Assembly: GCA_951406725.2 (NCBI GenBank)
Contig: OX597830.1
Coordinates: 39,928,001 to 39,992,000, forward strand
Direction: 5' to 3'
Length of the DNA: 64,000 bases
Source of the DNA: Octopus vulgaris
Lineage: Eukaryota
Part shown: positions 1 through 12,920 of the stretch, piece by piece
Numbering within the stretch: position 1 is the stretch's first letter
Layout of the letters: every line of letters begins with the position of its first letter
Made by a program: the position numbers and the translations under genes
The notes under the pieces: model-generated
Databases searched by the model: none
Told to the model about the DNA's origin: nothing
The model's input: the letters and a program-made list of their open reading frames with translations, nothing else

Positions 1-31
1 GCCCTGCCCGCCAAACTAAATATAAATTTAC

Positions 32-186
32 CAGACCCAAACAGAAGCATTGTCTTTTTCTAGTATGTATTGTAGATCGTTAATCATGTGATTAAATTCT
101 TTCTTGACTAATGTCACAGTTATTACGCAGAATTGCGAGAAATAAAGAGAAGTCTAACCGACATCGAACAAATCCAGCTGACTTCC
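32..186 (-). other. Candidate exon (5'UTR plus possible ATG at 50) of a gene running off the left edge
   Basis: Minus-strand acceptor ttctttaagtttctagcag|gg at ~187 and donor ctg|gtaaat at 31; ATG CTT CTG TTT GGG TCT before the donor. Confidence 0.25.
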
Positions 187-674
187 CTGCTAGAAACTTA
201 AAGAATTCTGTGTGTGTATATATATATATATACATGCATATACATACACACTTCTCTAATACAAACCTAATCTGAGCGCAACACACATAAATTCACGTGT
301 ATATACATACTTTCAAATGAAAAAAATCTATGCATATATTATATATATTATTTATTAAATCTATACTAATGTATATATCATATAAACCAAATTATATTTA
401 TCATATATTGTCATTATGATGGACTCATGGCTAGCTAATCAAAATGTTATCGAAGCAAGTAATTCAACGGTTACATCTCTTCACTAGAGTTGCTTACAAC
501 GTGAATTCTTTCTTCAACCATTAAACAATAACTGAAGGCGAGTGAGCTTTCTCTAAACCATTGAAAATTTTTTTTTTCTTAACCAAAATACTGTTGAACT
601 GATACATTTTCTTCAAATATATGTTATATAATATTTAATCCTACATTAAATGTTTATAAAAGTATATGTATATG

Positions 675-732
<58 letters not shown>

Positions 733-817
733 TACATGCATAAAAGTATATATACATTTATAATACATAAGCACTACGCATACAATCACAAAAACATACA
801 TACATGCATACGTATGA

Positions 818-858
<41 letters not shown>

Positions 859-1041
859 TTATTCCATGAGCTTTCATTGTATTATAACTTGAACATATTT
901 CGTATGAATTATAAATTTGCATTTCTTGAAGAATTTAAATAAATTTTTCTAAAAGTTTCGTACAGTTATATAAAAATTCCTAAATTATGATTTTTTCCCT
1001 ATTGTTTCAGAATAAAACAAATTTTATACACATATACTCAC

Positions 1042-1400
1042 CTTGTTTGTATTTTGTTTTGTTTTGTTTTTTTGTTTGTTTTTTGTTTGTTTTTTTTGTT
1101 TTTTTGCAGTGGGGTTGGCGTTAAATATTTATATGAAATTTCTTCTCGCTTTATTTTTCTGCCTTAGAAAAACATATCACTTTTCTCGCTTTTTCTGAAT
1201 TAGTTACTCTGAATAATAAGTACAATACCAATGTTCTTTGCAGTTACACTTAGGCTACTCAAGTCTTGATGTCGGTGTTTATCCCGATGTAGGTGTTTTT
1301 CATATTATTGTCTGAAAGCCGAGAGTGAGCAAGTTCAGTAGGAAAAAGCTCTGTGAAGGAAAAGCTGTTTCTTCTTCTCTGAAGAACCTCTGAGACTACT
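1042..1400 (-). other. Candidate first (non-coding) exon
   Basis: Consensus donor aag|gtgagt at 1041 on the minus strand, with non-repetitive sequence upstream; the upstream boundary is a guess. Confidence 0.25.
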
Positions 1401-1627
1401 AATTAGTTGATAATTAAGTCTAAAATATATTTAACTCTAGCGTTTGTATTCTGATGTCTGCAAATATAGTATGGATAACTCTAAGTAGAAAAGGTTTAAT
1501 AACTATATTTAATATGGATGGAATTTTGTTTTTGTTGTTCAGTTCTCAAAATAGAGTAAACCAATGATGAAAAGTGTTCCAGTCATGACCATCCAGTATG
1601 TTTATTAGGATCTAAGACTATTTAACT

Positions 1628-1950
1628 GGCACTCAGTCGGTTGCGACGACGAGGGTTCAAGTTGATATGATCAACACAACAGCTTGCTCGTGAAATTAAC
1701 CTGCAAGTAGCTGAGCACTCCACAGCCACTCGTACCCTTAATGCAGTTCTCAAGGAGATTCAGCGTGACACAGAATGTTACAAAGGTGGCCCTTTGAAAT
1801 ACAGGTACTACTCATTTTTTCCAGCTGAATTGATTGAAGCATTGTGAAATAAAGTGTCTTGTTCAAGGACACAACGTGCTGCCGAGAATCGAACTCACGG
1901 CCCTACGATTGTGAGCTGAATGACCTAACCACTAAGCAACAACCCTTCAC
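1628..1950 (-). mobile_element. tRNA-derived SINE (family D, CORE/Meta-like central block)
   Basis: Reverse-complement A/B boxes (cttagtggtt, gagttcgatt) followed by gtgtccttga.caagacactt; same family as 51189-51813. Confidence 0.85.
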
Positions 1951-3299
1951 AAGAGGTCAATATGATCTATTAGATTATTAGGTTATTTCGTCTTTGTTTA
2001 AGACGTTAGGGTGTGATTTGAGGGAATCTGCTCAATCTGGTATTTCTGTCTGACTAAACGACTACATAAAGCGTTACACGATGTTTTAACTATTGTTTCT
2101 ATTGCTATATAGCTTCAGGTCAACTGTGATAAAATAGAGATATGATAAAATGCATTCCAAGTATGATATTCACATCGATTTTGCTCCGTTTTTTAGATAG
2201 AAAGTATCTACCATCATTCCATTTTAGGGTGTTATATGGGGGAGGTGTTTAACAGTTATTTTTAGTAATTCAAGCGACCACATTCGGGTTCTCACGCTAG
2301 TTGTTTATTGTTACTATTACTCTTTACATCTGATCCTCCCCGATCCAGTACAGCAATCTTCAAACGCATTCCTGCGATGGCCAAACCACTTTTGTTGATG
2401 TAGCTAGAAGCACATCAGCTCATATATCCTGTCTTATTTTAAAACAGAATAGTATACTATTGAGGGAGAATTGGCTGGTATTGCCAGCATATCGAACGAC
2501 CATGATGAGATTCTCTCACTGGCTCAATTAAAAAGTGTGTTTAGGATGGGTGAGTGATTGTAATCAGGGTGACGAAATGAAGAGACGGATGCGTCAGGCG
2601 GTGCACAGTTAGCTAGTTTGTGACGCAAAAGTATAACGCTATATCTATCAATGACTATACATAAGACAGTGTTTCTAACCTTTAGACTGGAGCTGTGCTA
2701 TATATATTAGTAAGGATGGCGAAGGTGAATTATTTTAATTCTGAAATATTTGACAAAGCATAAAATAGTCGTAAATCTGTTTATGCAATTAACCACAAGA
2801 CAAAGGAGAAGAGAGGAAAGTCTAAACATCATATAGCGACATATCGTTCAGAAAAGCCAGAGAGGCTGTTATCAGATATTGATGAAACACGAGAAGAAAT
2901 ACATCAACGCTGGAGAACTTACGCCCAATATTTAAACAAACTCGGAGCAGATTGACTGACTGATAGGCATAAGGGTTACCTGAAGAGCCGCGTTCAATTC
3001 ATCATATATCTGATCAAATTTGTCCAATACGCGATAGCAGTTGTTCGAGATAACTTCACAAGTCAGCAATATTCGAGTACAAGATGATTGCGTGTAAAAC
3101 GATTTCATTACCCAGCATTAGTTTCGAACAATTCTGGCTGACGGCATTTCGAAGCATGTAGAGTTATCTCAAACCGACACCACCACTACCCCTGCCACCC
3201 CCGGTAGCACTACCGGGTAGCAAAGAAAATTATCAATGGACCCCAACATGAAAGTTCTCCGAGACAGACCAACCAGTTGATTTTCGTCGGCATTTAACT

Positions 3300-4700
3300 T
3301 GATGTTGGTTTGAGTGTAGATTAGGTTATGCTTGTAGTAATATTTGCCGTGTTGTGTATTGTTTGTGGTGGTAATGATGGCGATTTTGGAGTCGGTGCTG
3401 GTATTTCATTCTCTTCAAGTCGCCTCTCTTCAACCTCCCCCCCACCAGCGTTTTTCTGAACGCAAATTTGTTTTATCCTTTTCTTATCTGGACCTCTTCA
3501 TTTTATTACCTTTGCCATCCTCGTTGCAGAACATCTCAGAATGATTTGAAGACACGAAGGATATGTCTTCATGTGTTTTGCTTGGGGGTGCAGAGACTCT
3601 GTTGCTGATGTTGGTGGTGTTGCTTCTATTACTGTTGTTGTCAGAGGATTCTGTAGCTGTCTTTTTTTATTGGTATTCCCGCTATTTTCGCTGTTGCTGA
3701 TGCTACTGTTTTTGTATCTGTTGCTAAGTTTACTGTTGTAACTGTTGCTGATCCTGCGGTTAAACACCCTTACTGGTGTTGTTGATGTTGTTGTACCTAT
3801 GGTATCGGAAACAGCGGGCTGGAGTGGGGTAGAGGTTCCACGCTTTCACTTTCTGTAGTGAACAGGCGGCTTTCAGTGGGTTGGTATCATCACATACTTA
3901 ACACTTGGAGATGAGACCGTCCCCTACAACATATAGCTCTGTCCCATTCGGCAGCTGAATTAGTACCGGGATCTTTTCCATGCATTTTGGTCTCAATTCT
4001 AATAATACCTCTAATCATATTCCGGACAAAGTATCCTGTCTGCATTATTCTACGTCCAGGAGAGTGTCACTTCCTTCCAGCATGGCGCACGTTGCAAGCT
4101 AACAGATGTGCAGTTCTGGTGACAAACCGGATATTTTCACCCTCACTGTCCGTCTTTCCGGAAAAGTGACAAAGAGGACAAATTCCTCATTCTTACATAG
4201 AATAACGGAATGCTTTACTTCATTGGCAATCGTTGAGAAATTGTACATCACTGGCACTAAATTCTCAGGTGCAGGTGAAGGAATTTATATCCACACCTAC
4301 ATCTCATAAGTACTTTCTCCTTTGAGTGAGTGAAGATCATTTCTACTCAGTGATTTGTTTACAGATACATGTTTATAAATTATCGTCCTTCTGATTATAG
4401 TTTCCATAATGCGCACGGACGTAAAATAGTTATTATGATAGATTTTTATTAGATGTTCAGCATTTAGTAAACCGGTGTGTTTGTCCGCTATAGAAGCCTT
4501 TACGATATTTGCTGTCGTTTTTGCGAAGCACTCCACCTCTATGGTATTGGTGTTGCAAGTGGAGCATTCTATAAAGCATAAATCCTATATAACTTTTTTG
4601 TTGGATTTTTTGTGTAGGCTTTCATCCAGTTTTTGCTTTTCTTTGCTGCTGTTTTACCTTTGTACTTTTATTTGGCTATATTAGACAAGCCGTGTTCTTT
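3300..4700 (-). mobile_element. Decayed ORF1 (gag-like) of a non-LTR retrotransposon
   Basis: Fragmented minus-strand ORFs, degenerate knuckle LYVVGDGLISKC*VCDDTNPLKAAC, then a low-complexity S/N/T/K tail; same layout as 55437-56340. Confidence 0.5.
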
Positions 4701-4912
4701 ACTATGGATAACCTTAACAAGTGATGTTATAGCACTGCTAACACTGTAGAGCACGGTATTGACTTATAAAATCATTTAATATACTTTATAGTATATTATG
4801 GTTGCATAACAAAATACTGTATCCCTACAGGTCATTAACATGGATAAAATATGAACAGCTTATGAGCAGAAGGAAAAGTCTTACTACTAGACATCTGCAT
4901 TAAATGTGCCTC

Positions 4913-5340
4913 AGAAGTGGCTATGTGATAAGTAGCTTGCTTAACAACCACATGGTTCTGGGTTCAGTCCCACTGTGTGGCACCTTGGGCAAGTGTCTTC
5001 TACTATAGGCTCGGGCCGAACAAAGCCTTGTGAGTGGATTTGGAAGACGGAAACTGAAAGAAGCCCGTCGTATATATATATGCATGTATATATGTATGTA
5101 TATATATGTGTGTATATGTTTGTGTGTCTGTGGTTGTCCCCCTAGCATCGCTTGGCAACCGATGCTGGTGTGTTTACGACCCCGTAACTTATGTCCCCAT
5201 AACTTAGCAGTTCGGCAAAAGAGACCGATAGAATAAGTACTAGGCTTACAAAGAATAAGTCCTGGGGGTCGAGTTGCTTGACTAAAGGCGGTGCTCCAGC
5301 ATGGCCGCAGTCAAATGACTGAAACAAGTAAAAGAGTAAC
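4913..5340 (+). mobile_element. tRNA-derived CORE-type SINE (family A, OR-like) with internal microsatellite
   Basis: Head gtggctatgtgataag...gggttcagtcc, CORE-like caccttgggcaagtgtctt, 3' block ending gactgaaacaagtaaaagag; more than 12 copies in the window. Confidence 0.9.
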
Positions 5341-5652
5341 TCAATAAAACACCTGCACCGATTCAACGTCTTATCAAGATAATACGCACAGTTGTGGAAC
5401 CTGACAGTCCGGGCTCTGATTTATAACAGCATGGGAATTAACGAACTTTTAGCACAGAGGAAACGCGTGGTAACACTGAGCCAGTGCCACCAGCTCCTTC
5501 AACTTGTTCTTTACTATACTAATCCAGTATTTAATCCCTTTTTTACATATTAAGTTTTGTGGCTCGCGCGCCTGACAATGCTTACGCGCGTGCGCATCTG
5601 CGTGTGTGCGCGCACGCGTGTGTGTGTATATGTAAAGAAAATTTTCGTTCCC

Positions 5653-5761
5653 ATATAAGACTAAAACTGTCGCTGATTAGCTCCAAGAGGCCATCGCCTC
5701 TAGCTAGCTATAGCAGCTTCGTGTGTCATATAGCTAATCAGCGACAGCTTTAGTCTTATAT
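5653..5761. mobile_element. Small MITE/hairpin with ~30-bp terminal inverted repeats
   Basis: atataagactaaaactgtcgctgattagct ... agctaatcagcgacagctttagtcttatat (1 mismatch). Confidence 0.8.
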
Positions 5762-5829
5762 TTATGGACTGCCATATTAGTTTGGCGATAACTATTAATA
5801 AATGATCAAATGTTATAGTTAATTGAAAT

Positions 5830-6981
5830 TTAACCATCAATGTATTTTCCCTGATTATCTATGACTTCCTTCCATCTATTTACAAGCTTTTTAATCCCAT
5901 CAATGTAAAAGTCTTTTGGTTTCAAAGCGAAGAACTCTGAAATGTCAGTTTCGACCTCCTCCTGGCTGCTTGCAAAAGTTATGTCCCACAAATGATTCTG
6001 TAAACCACGAAACGAATGGTAGTCTGAAGGAGCAAGGTCGGGAGAATAAGGTGGATGAGGAATTTTTCCAAACCAAGTTCTTCGATCTTCTGTGATGTGA
6101 TCTTTGCAGTGTGGGTTCGCGCATTGTCCTCATGAAACATCACTCCTCTTTTTCTTCAAAGCTTAGTTCAAAAGCTCTAATTGCTGACAGTAGACTTGAG
6201 CATTGATTGTTGCATTAGGTGGTAACAATTCAAAGTGAATTACTCCTTTGCAATCCCACCAGATAGAGAGAAGAACCTTTTTTCCCCAAGCTACTGTTTA
6301 CGACGTTTAACATTTTGATGGAAGATCCATTTTCGTCACCAGTCACAAGTCTATCCAAAAAGGGTGAAATGAGTTCGCGAGAATAGAGAGAAGAGCAGAT
6401 GTCAACTCGGGATTTGTGGTTGTTTTCGGACAATTCCTGAGGCACCCATTTTTTAAGTTTAGGAACCTTTCTAAGTTGTTGAAGATGACGATGAACAGTT
6501 GTATGATTTGAACAAAGCTTTATTGCCAATTCTTCAACTGATAATGCCAGATTTTCTTCAAGTAATGCCTCAAGGAGCTTATCATCAAACTCAACTGGAC
6601 GTCTTGTTCGATCTTCATCCTCAAGGCTGAAATCTCCACTTCTGAATTTTGCAAACCATCTTCTACAAGTTCTTTCATTCAAGCATTCTTTCCCATAAAC
6701 TGAGTGTATGTTTCGAGTCGCTTCGGCTGCAGAGTTTCCTTTTTTGTACTCATAAAGCATTATGTGCTTCAAGTGCTCTTTGGATACTTTCATGTTAGAA
6801 AGGGCCTTGATCAAAGGAATTTTAATTTTATTATTCTGTAAAATAACATTTAATTAGTTTAAAGCTACACAAATGCATAAAATTAATTTTTAATTCCATT
6901 AGACATTCTAAAATACTATTAAATTTCACTCAATTTTAAAAAAAAGGTAAAATCGGACAGAACTTATGGGATGACCTGATA
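5830..6981 (-). mobile_element. Mariner (D,D34D) transposon, frameshifted transposase 6793->5830
   Basis: HTH N-terminus, WVPQEL, VTGDE, HEDNARTH, YSPDLAPSDY, C-terminus RWKEVIDNQGKYIDG*; one TIR end (tcaggtcatcccataag + TA) at ~6980; the other TIR is not recognisable. Confidence 0.92.
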
Positions 6982-7274
6982 CTTCTCTCTAGCAGATATT
7001 TTCCATTCGATCCATCTAGAGTCATTTCCCTTGTCTTAAGTAGCAATCACGTTTTAAAGTTTCTGTTATACGGGGAAATGCGAGATCAAAACGTGATTTG
7101 AGCTGTTTCTGCTAGCGTTCATGTATTTTCTTTTGAATTTGATTCCGACATCACCGTCTGACAACCTCTTTGAATTTTCCGCGATACGAAACAGCAGTCA
7201 ACCAATTTGAGTACACTCTCTATTATTTCTTTACTCCGTGAATACAATTACCGTACACACACACAAACTCTCTA

Positions 7275-7308
<34 letters not shown>

Positions 7309-7406
7309 TCAAACACACACATTTATATATAAAGATGCATATGCATGTACACACATTTAACACACACACACTCACACAGGAGACAGAGGTGGAAGGAGAG
7401 AGAAAG

Positions 7407-7440
<34 letters not shown>

Positions 7441-7929
7441 GTAGGCAGGTAGGCAGACAGGTAGGCAGGCAGGCAGGCTGGCAGACATGTTGGTAGATAG
7501 GTAAGTAGGTAGGTAGGTAGATAGGTACGTACGTACGTAGATATGTAGGGAGGAATGTAGGGAGGAAGGGAGAGCGTAAAGAAGGAAGGAAGGAAGGAAG
7601 GAAGGAAGGAAGGAAGGAAGGAAGGAAGGTAGATAGGTAGGGGAGGGGTGTAGAGAGGGAGAGAGGTCACCTACCTATCATTGTTAACCTTTCGCATCAA
7701 CAAATTATTGCTGCCATCAACTTATATTTATTTATACGACTTAAAAGGTTCCAGTATCCCCTTGGCCACCGCGATGGCTAAAACAGTCAACTATGACACA
7801 GCAATTTTATTAACATAATCTAGCCACAAATACAATCCATTGAACGAGTGAAGGGTAGGCCTCCTCTTGGTCGGCATATCTACTAGAAATAGGTACCAAA
7901 CCCCTTTCAATTCACACTGTAAAAATCAT

Positions 7930-8345
7930 GGATCTTTTCGGTTTGAACGGCAGTTTTTTCTAGCGGTGTCATATGAAATTGTCACCCACAATTATGACCC
8001 TAGTATCGATCTATTGCATTTCAATCTGTTTTAGGGTTAGGGTTAGAGTTAGGGGTGGGGGAAGGGTATCTTCTTTTCTTCACAAATGTAAATAAACCCA
8101 ATCTGTTTCTTAAAAGAGGGACATATTCATACGGTACAATGCTTTTTAGCTCAATAGACGTCACTGATTGGTTGAAATTGCAGAAATTGAAGAAAAAACA
8201 ACAAATATCTTACAAACTATAGAATTTTCTCAATAAAGCCAAGAGAAAAAGATGTTTTATAAACACATTCTACCATTATACGAAGTTTAAATTTTTTTAG
8301 TTACCTAGAAATTGTTAAAAACTGCCGTTCAAACAGAAAAGATCC
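7930..8345. mobile_element. Non-autonomous DNA transposon (MITE), GG-starting TIRs, 8-bp TSD
   Basis: TIR ggatcttttcggtttgaacggcagttttt / aaaaactgccgttcaaacagaaaagatcc; TSD aaaatcat at 7922-7929 and 8346-8353. Confidence 0.9.
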
Positions 8346-9290
8346 AAAATCATAAATAAGAAAGTGCTAAATTAGATAATGCATCTAGGTGAAGATAACT
8401 TATCTAATGAAATCCTTACAATAGGCGAGATAGTCACGGCTGGAATACTTTTGCGCTTGGTAGATCAGGGCCAATCTGGAGTTAGACAATAATAATCAGA
8501 AGAATTTATAGAAATGATCGATTTATTACAAAATTGCAAAAGTAATGAATTACATAATTCCTTGATACCTTTATACTTCAACTAACAAGAAACACCGTCG
8601 GTATGTTGAATTCGCGCTGGCAGAATCGTTAGCACACCGGTATTTTTGTTGCGGTATTATTCAATTTTGTTGAAGAGGTCAGTTTTCTAATTTATTTGTA
8701 CGAATTGCTGATTTCCAGTTCTCAATCTAATTAAAATTTTCTTCTGATTGAAATGTCATTTAGATTTAATCAAATTTTTCCATTCTGCTAATGCAAATTA
8801 GATAGATTTTTGTCTCCAGATTTCAGATACTGAAAACTACGCTAACCGCTTAAGAGCAATTGCCTCCCTTTAGAAGCCACTCTTTTCGATGAATAATCTT
8901 TCACAATATGATGACGACAGACAACTGAACAAATGCGAAAGTATCGATAGCTTTGTTTACCAAATTATGATTATCAATTATGTTTTATTATTTTTTTATC
9001 TGTTTTTCTTTATCCTTCACTATTGGCAGAATCGTTACAGCATTTGACAAAACGTCTCAGAATATTTGTTCTTGAACTTTACATTCTGAGTCCAAACCCC
9101 ACCGCGACCCGCATTGCTTTCATCTTTCCATGTTCGACAAAATAAACTACCAGTGAAAAACTGCTCCTTTATTTTCAACTGTTCCTCTCCTCCAAATATA
9201 AGGCCCAATTCCTATGTTAAACACATTTATTATCATCACTATTGTTGTCATTGATAATGATGTTATTGTTGTTATTTTTGTTGTCGCAGT

Positions 9291-9560
9291 CAAGGCGGCG
9301 AGTGTAATTGACTAGATCCCTTCCCTAAATTTCAAGTCATGTGCCGCCTATAGTAGAAAAAAAAATTATTAGCACGCCGGGCAAAATGTTTAGCGGTATT
9401 TCGTCCGTCTTTATGTGCTAAGTTCAAATTATAACGAAGTTGACTTTGCCTTTCATTCCTTTCGGGTCGATAAAATAAGTACCAGTTGGGTACTAGAGTC
9501 AATGTAATCGGCTATCCCTTCCCTTGAAATTGCTAGCCTTGTGCCAAAATTTGAAACCAT
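9291..9560 (+). mobile_element. Family B SINE (Nin/Deu-domain-like), diverged
   Basis: gactttgcctttcattcctttcgggtcgataaaataagtaccag block. Confidence 0.75.
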
Positions 9561-9580
9561 TGTTGTTGTTGTTGTTGTTA

Positions 9581-9637
<57 letters not shown>

Positions 9638-9638
<1 letters not shown>

Positions 9639-10092
9639 GAGTGAGAGAGCAGTTCATGCCATCAAAGTGACACTGGGGTAAAATATACGAAACCCAATAT
9701 ACCCATCATGACTACCCGTCTGATAAGGGTACACCAGGCACATGCATCACAACCATATGTGCGCGACATGGTGATCTCATATCAAGATAAACAGCGCATA
9801 ACCTTGCAGGTGGGGCCCAGTTAGAATTTTCTTCAGGTTGAGTAGCCCATCCCGCTCAAACAGTCCCTGAATAAGGGTTGTTTAAGGATGTTGAAAGAAC
9901 CACCCATGTTTCCAGAGGTGAATTATTCAAACCCCAAAGAATCCCTCTCAACACATGGCTATGATGCTCCCCCACTACTTCTGCTCGTAGCCCATCTTTT
10001 ATACCAAGACAAAACAATGTACATGATAACACTTCCAATCAGTTAATATCAGAAGCCATGAGAGCCACTGCCTGGTACTGCATCAGGGCATT
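9638..10092 (-). mobile_element. Repeat family C inserted in (TAA)n (non-autonomous retroelement-like)
   Basis: Near-duplicate of 10553-11057; flanked by (ATT)n on both sides. Confidence 0.75.
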
Positions 10093-10104
10093 TATTATTA
10101 TTAC

Positions 10105-10160
<56 letters not shown>

Positions 10161-10163
<3 letters not shown>

Positions 10164-10454
10164 GTTTGACTTTTTCATTGTATTTGTACAAGTTGGCTAC
10201 AAGTCTCACCCAAAGACCTCAAGAGACAAGAAGTTAGAAGTTCACGGTGTTATGCCTAGGGTGTCATATTTTTGGTTTTGTACATAGTATTGTTCTAGAG
10301 AATGTTTAAGAAAACACAAGAAAATTATAAGTTGGTTTTAAAATTTGAAATCACATAGATAGTAGGATACGGGCAGTTCCCATGAGCACTATTGTTTGAA
10401 TTTCTGCCATTTTGGGGGTTTCCTGGTTTCTGAGCTAGGTAGGAAGTAGACCCT
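10161..10454 (-). mobile_element. 3' end of an R4/Dong-like (REL-endonuclease) non-LTR element
   Basis: Minus-strand translation PKMAEIQTIVLMGTARILL resembles the QKxxLLGTARILR C-terminal motif; followed by 3'UTR and (TAA)n. Confidence 0.65.
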
Positions 10455-10484
10455 TATTATTGCTGTTGTTATTATTATTATTAC

Positions 10485-10547
<63 letters not shown>

Positions 10548-10552
10548 CAGTA

Positions 10553-11057
10553 TTGAGTGAAAGAGCAACGTCTGCCATCAAAGTGACACTGGAGTAAAAT
10601 ATGCAAAGCCCAATATACTCATCATGCCTACCTGTCTGATGCATCACAAACATATGTGCGCGACATAGTGATCTCATATCAAAATAAAAAGCGCATGACC
10701 TTGCAGGTGGGGCCCAGTTAGAATTTTCTTCAGGTCGAGTAGCCCATCCCGCTCAAACGGTTCTTGAATAAGGGTTTTTTAAGGATGTTGAACGAATCAC
10801 CCAAGTTTCCAGAGGTGAATCATCCAAACCCTAAAGAATTCTTTAAAATACATGGCTATGATGCTCCCCGCACAACTTCTGCTCGTGGACAGAAATGCGC
10901 ATATCATCAGCCAATAAGGGAAATGCTCAACCGGTTAATATCAAGCAACTGACAAGCAAATCTATGGTATTGAGCAGAATATTTGCTGTAACCCATCTTT
11001 TACACAAAGACAAAACACGTATATGATAACACTTCGAATCAGTTAAGATCAGAAGCC
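10553..11057 (-). mobile_element. Repeat family C, second copy
   Basis: Aligns by eye with 9638-10092 but carries ~110 bp extra internal sequence. Confidence 0.75.
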
Positions 11058-11271
11058 CATTTCATTTCTCAGAGTTCTCGATTTCACTTGCTACTTTTAA
11101 TTTTGTAAGAGCGGACAACTTGTTTTCAAGGGTTTCACAAGTTCTCTTTCTACGATACTTAACATCCGAGTACCAATCTCAAAATCCTCAATAAAACAGT
11201 TTTCTGAGCATGTTCTACCCTTATGTCAATCCCAATTTCTCCAGCAAATTTCTCAACCATTATTATTACTT

Positions 11272-11538
11272 AAGCTGTCGAGTTCGTAGAACAGCTAGCG
11301 CTCCGGATTAAATGCTTGGCAGTATATCTTCCGCTTTTACGTTCTGGGTTCAAATTCGGCCGAGTTTGACTTTGCCATTCGTTCTTTTGAGGTCAATAAA
11401 ATAAGTGCCAGTTGAGTGCTGGGCTCGATGTAATCGACTATCCTATCCCTTCAAAAGTGCTATCCTTGTACCAACAATTAGAACGAATAATTGTTGTTGT
11501 TGTTGCTGTTGTTGTTGTCGTCGTCGTCGTCGTCGTCG

Positions 11539-11579
<41 letters not shown>

Positions 11580-11970
11580 GCGGTTAAGACGGCGAGCTCG
11601 CAAAATCGTTAATCCGCCTGACAAAATGTTCAGCGGCCATTCTTCCGGCTTTACGTTCTCAGCTTTGCGTTTCAGCTTTGCGGGATAGATAAAATGAGTA
11701 CCAGTTAAGCACCGGGGTCGATTGCATTGACTAGTTCCCACACGGTAATTTTCACGATTTGTACCAATAGTAAAGCTGGCGGGATCGTTAGCACGCCGGG
11801 CAAAACACTTAACAGCATTTCGTCCATCTTTATATTCTCTGTTCAAATTCCGCCGAGATCGCCTTTGTCTTTCATCCTCTTGGACGTTGATAAATTTAGT
11901 ATCATTTGAGCAATAGGAGCGATGTAATTGCCCAATCCCGTTGCACTAAAGTTTCTAATCTTGTGCCAAA
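11272..11970 (+). mobile_element. Cluster of diverged family B SINEs around a (GTT)n/(GTC)n tract
   Basis: Repeated ggcggcgagct/cgttagcacgccgg heads and taagtaccagtt...ggggtcgat blocks. Confidence 0.75.
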
Positions 11971-12180
11971 ATTCTGAGTTGAAATCCATCACATTCAGTT
12001 CGACTTACTTCTTTAAGGTGACGATAATAATCGATTGTTCCTTTCCTAAATATTTTAGGCCTTTTAATGCTCTTCAAGTGACAGGACAGAAATTGTGGTC
12101 ACTGTGGACAAGATACTCTTTGTAACGATGGAATAGACCGCCATCTATGTATACATAGATATACTCTTAAACACATATTT

Positions 12181-12355
12181 AGGCGCAGGAGTGGCCGTGT
12201 GGTAAGTAGCTTGCTAACCAACCGCATGGTTCTGGGTTCAGTCCCACTGCGTGACACGTTGGGCAAGCGTCTTCTACTATAACCTCGGGTCGACCAAAGC
12301 CTTGTGAGTGGATTTGGTAGATGGAAATTGAAAGTATATGCGTGTGTATGTATGT

Positions 12356-12434
<79 letters not shown>

Positions 12435-12631
12435 TATGTGTTTGTCTCCCCAGCATCGCTTGACAACCTATGCTGTTGAGTCTACGTCCCCGTAACTTAG
12501 CGGTTCGGCAAAAGAGACCGATAGAGTAAGTACTAGGCTTACAAAGAATAAGTCATGGGGTCGATTTACTCGACTAAAGGCGGTGCTCCAGCATGGCCGT
12601 AGTCAAATGACTACAACAAGTAAAAGAATAA
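12181..12631 (+). mobile_element. Family A SINE with internal (TG)n
   Basis: Full head-to-tail match to the other copies. Confidence 0.9.
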
Positions 12632-12714
12632 TCATTCAAATGTGTATATGTGTTTATGCCAATCTATATACATACTAGCACGTGTACCTAAATATAATCT
12701 GTAACTTATATCGA

Positions 12715-12920
12715 TTCCAGATTTTAGCATAATACCAGCAATCCGACGAGGGGTGGGAGTTAAGTCGATTACATCTGTACTCAACTGGTTCTTGTTTTAT
12801 AGACCTCGAAATGAGGAGAGGCAAAAGTGACCTCGGCGGAATTTGAACACAGACAGACGAAATTCCGCTAAGCATTATGTCCGGCGTGCTCAGGATTCTA
12901 TCAAAAATCACCGCCTTACT
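12715..12920 (-). mobile_element. Family B SINE
   Basis: Reverse complement of the family B body and head. Confidence 0.75.

Noticed and set aside
6230-6814. Domesticated SETMAR-like gene or active transposase
   Set aside because: Frameshift right after VTGDE, internal deletion and no SET exon; a dead mariner.
8031-8055. Telomere or chromosome-fusion scar
   Set aside because: Only four units, located inside a TIR/TSD-bounded MITE.
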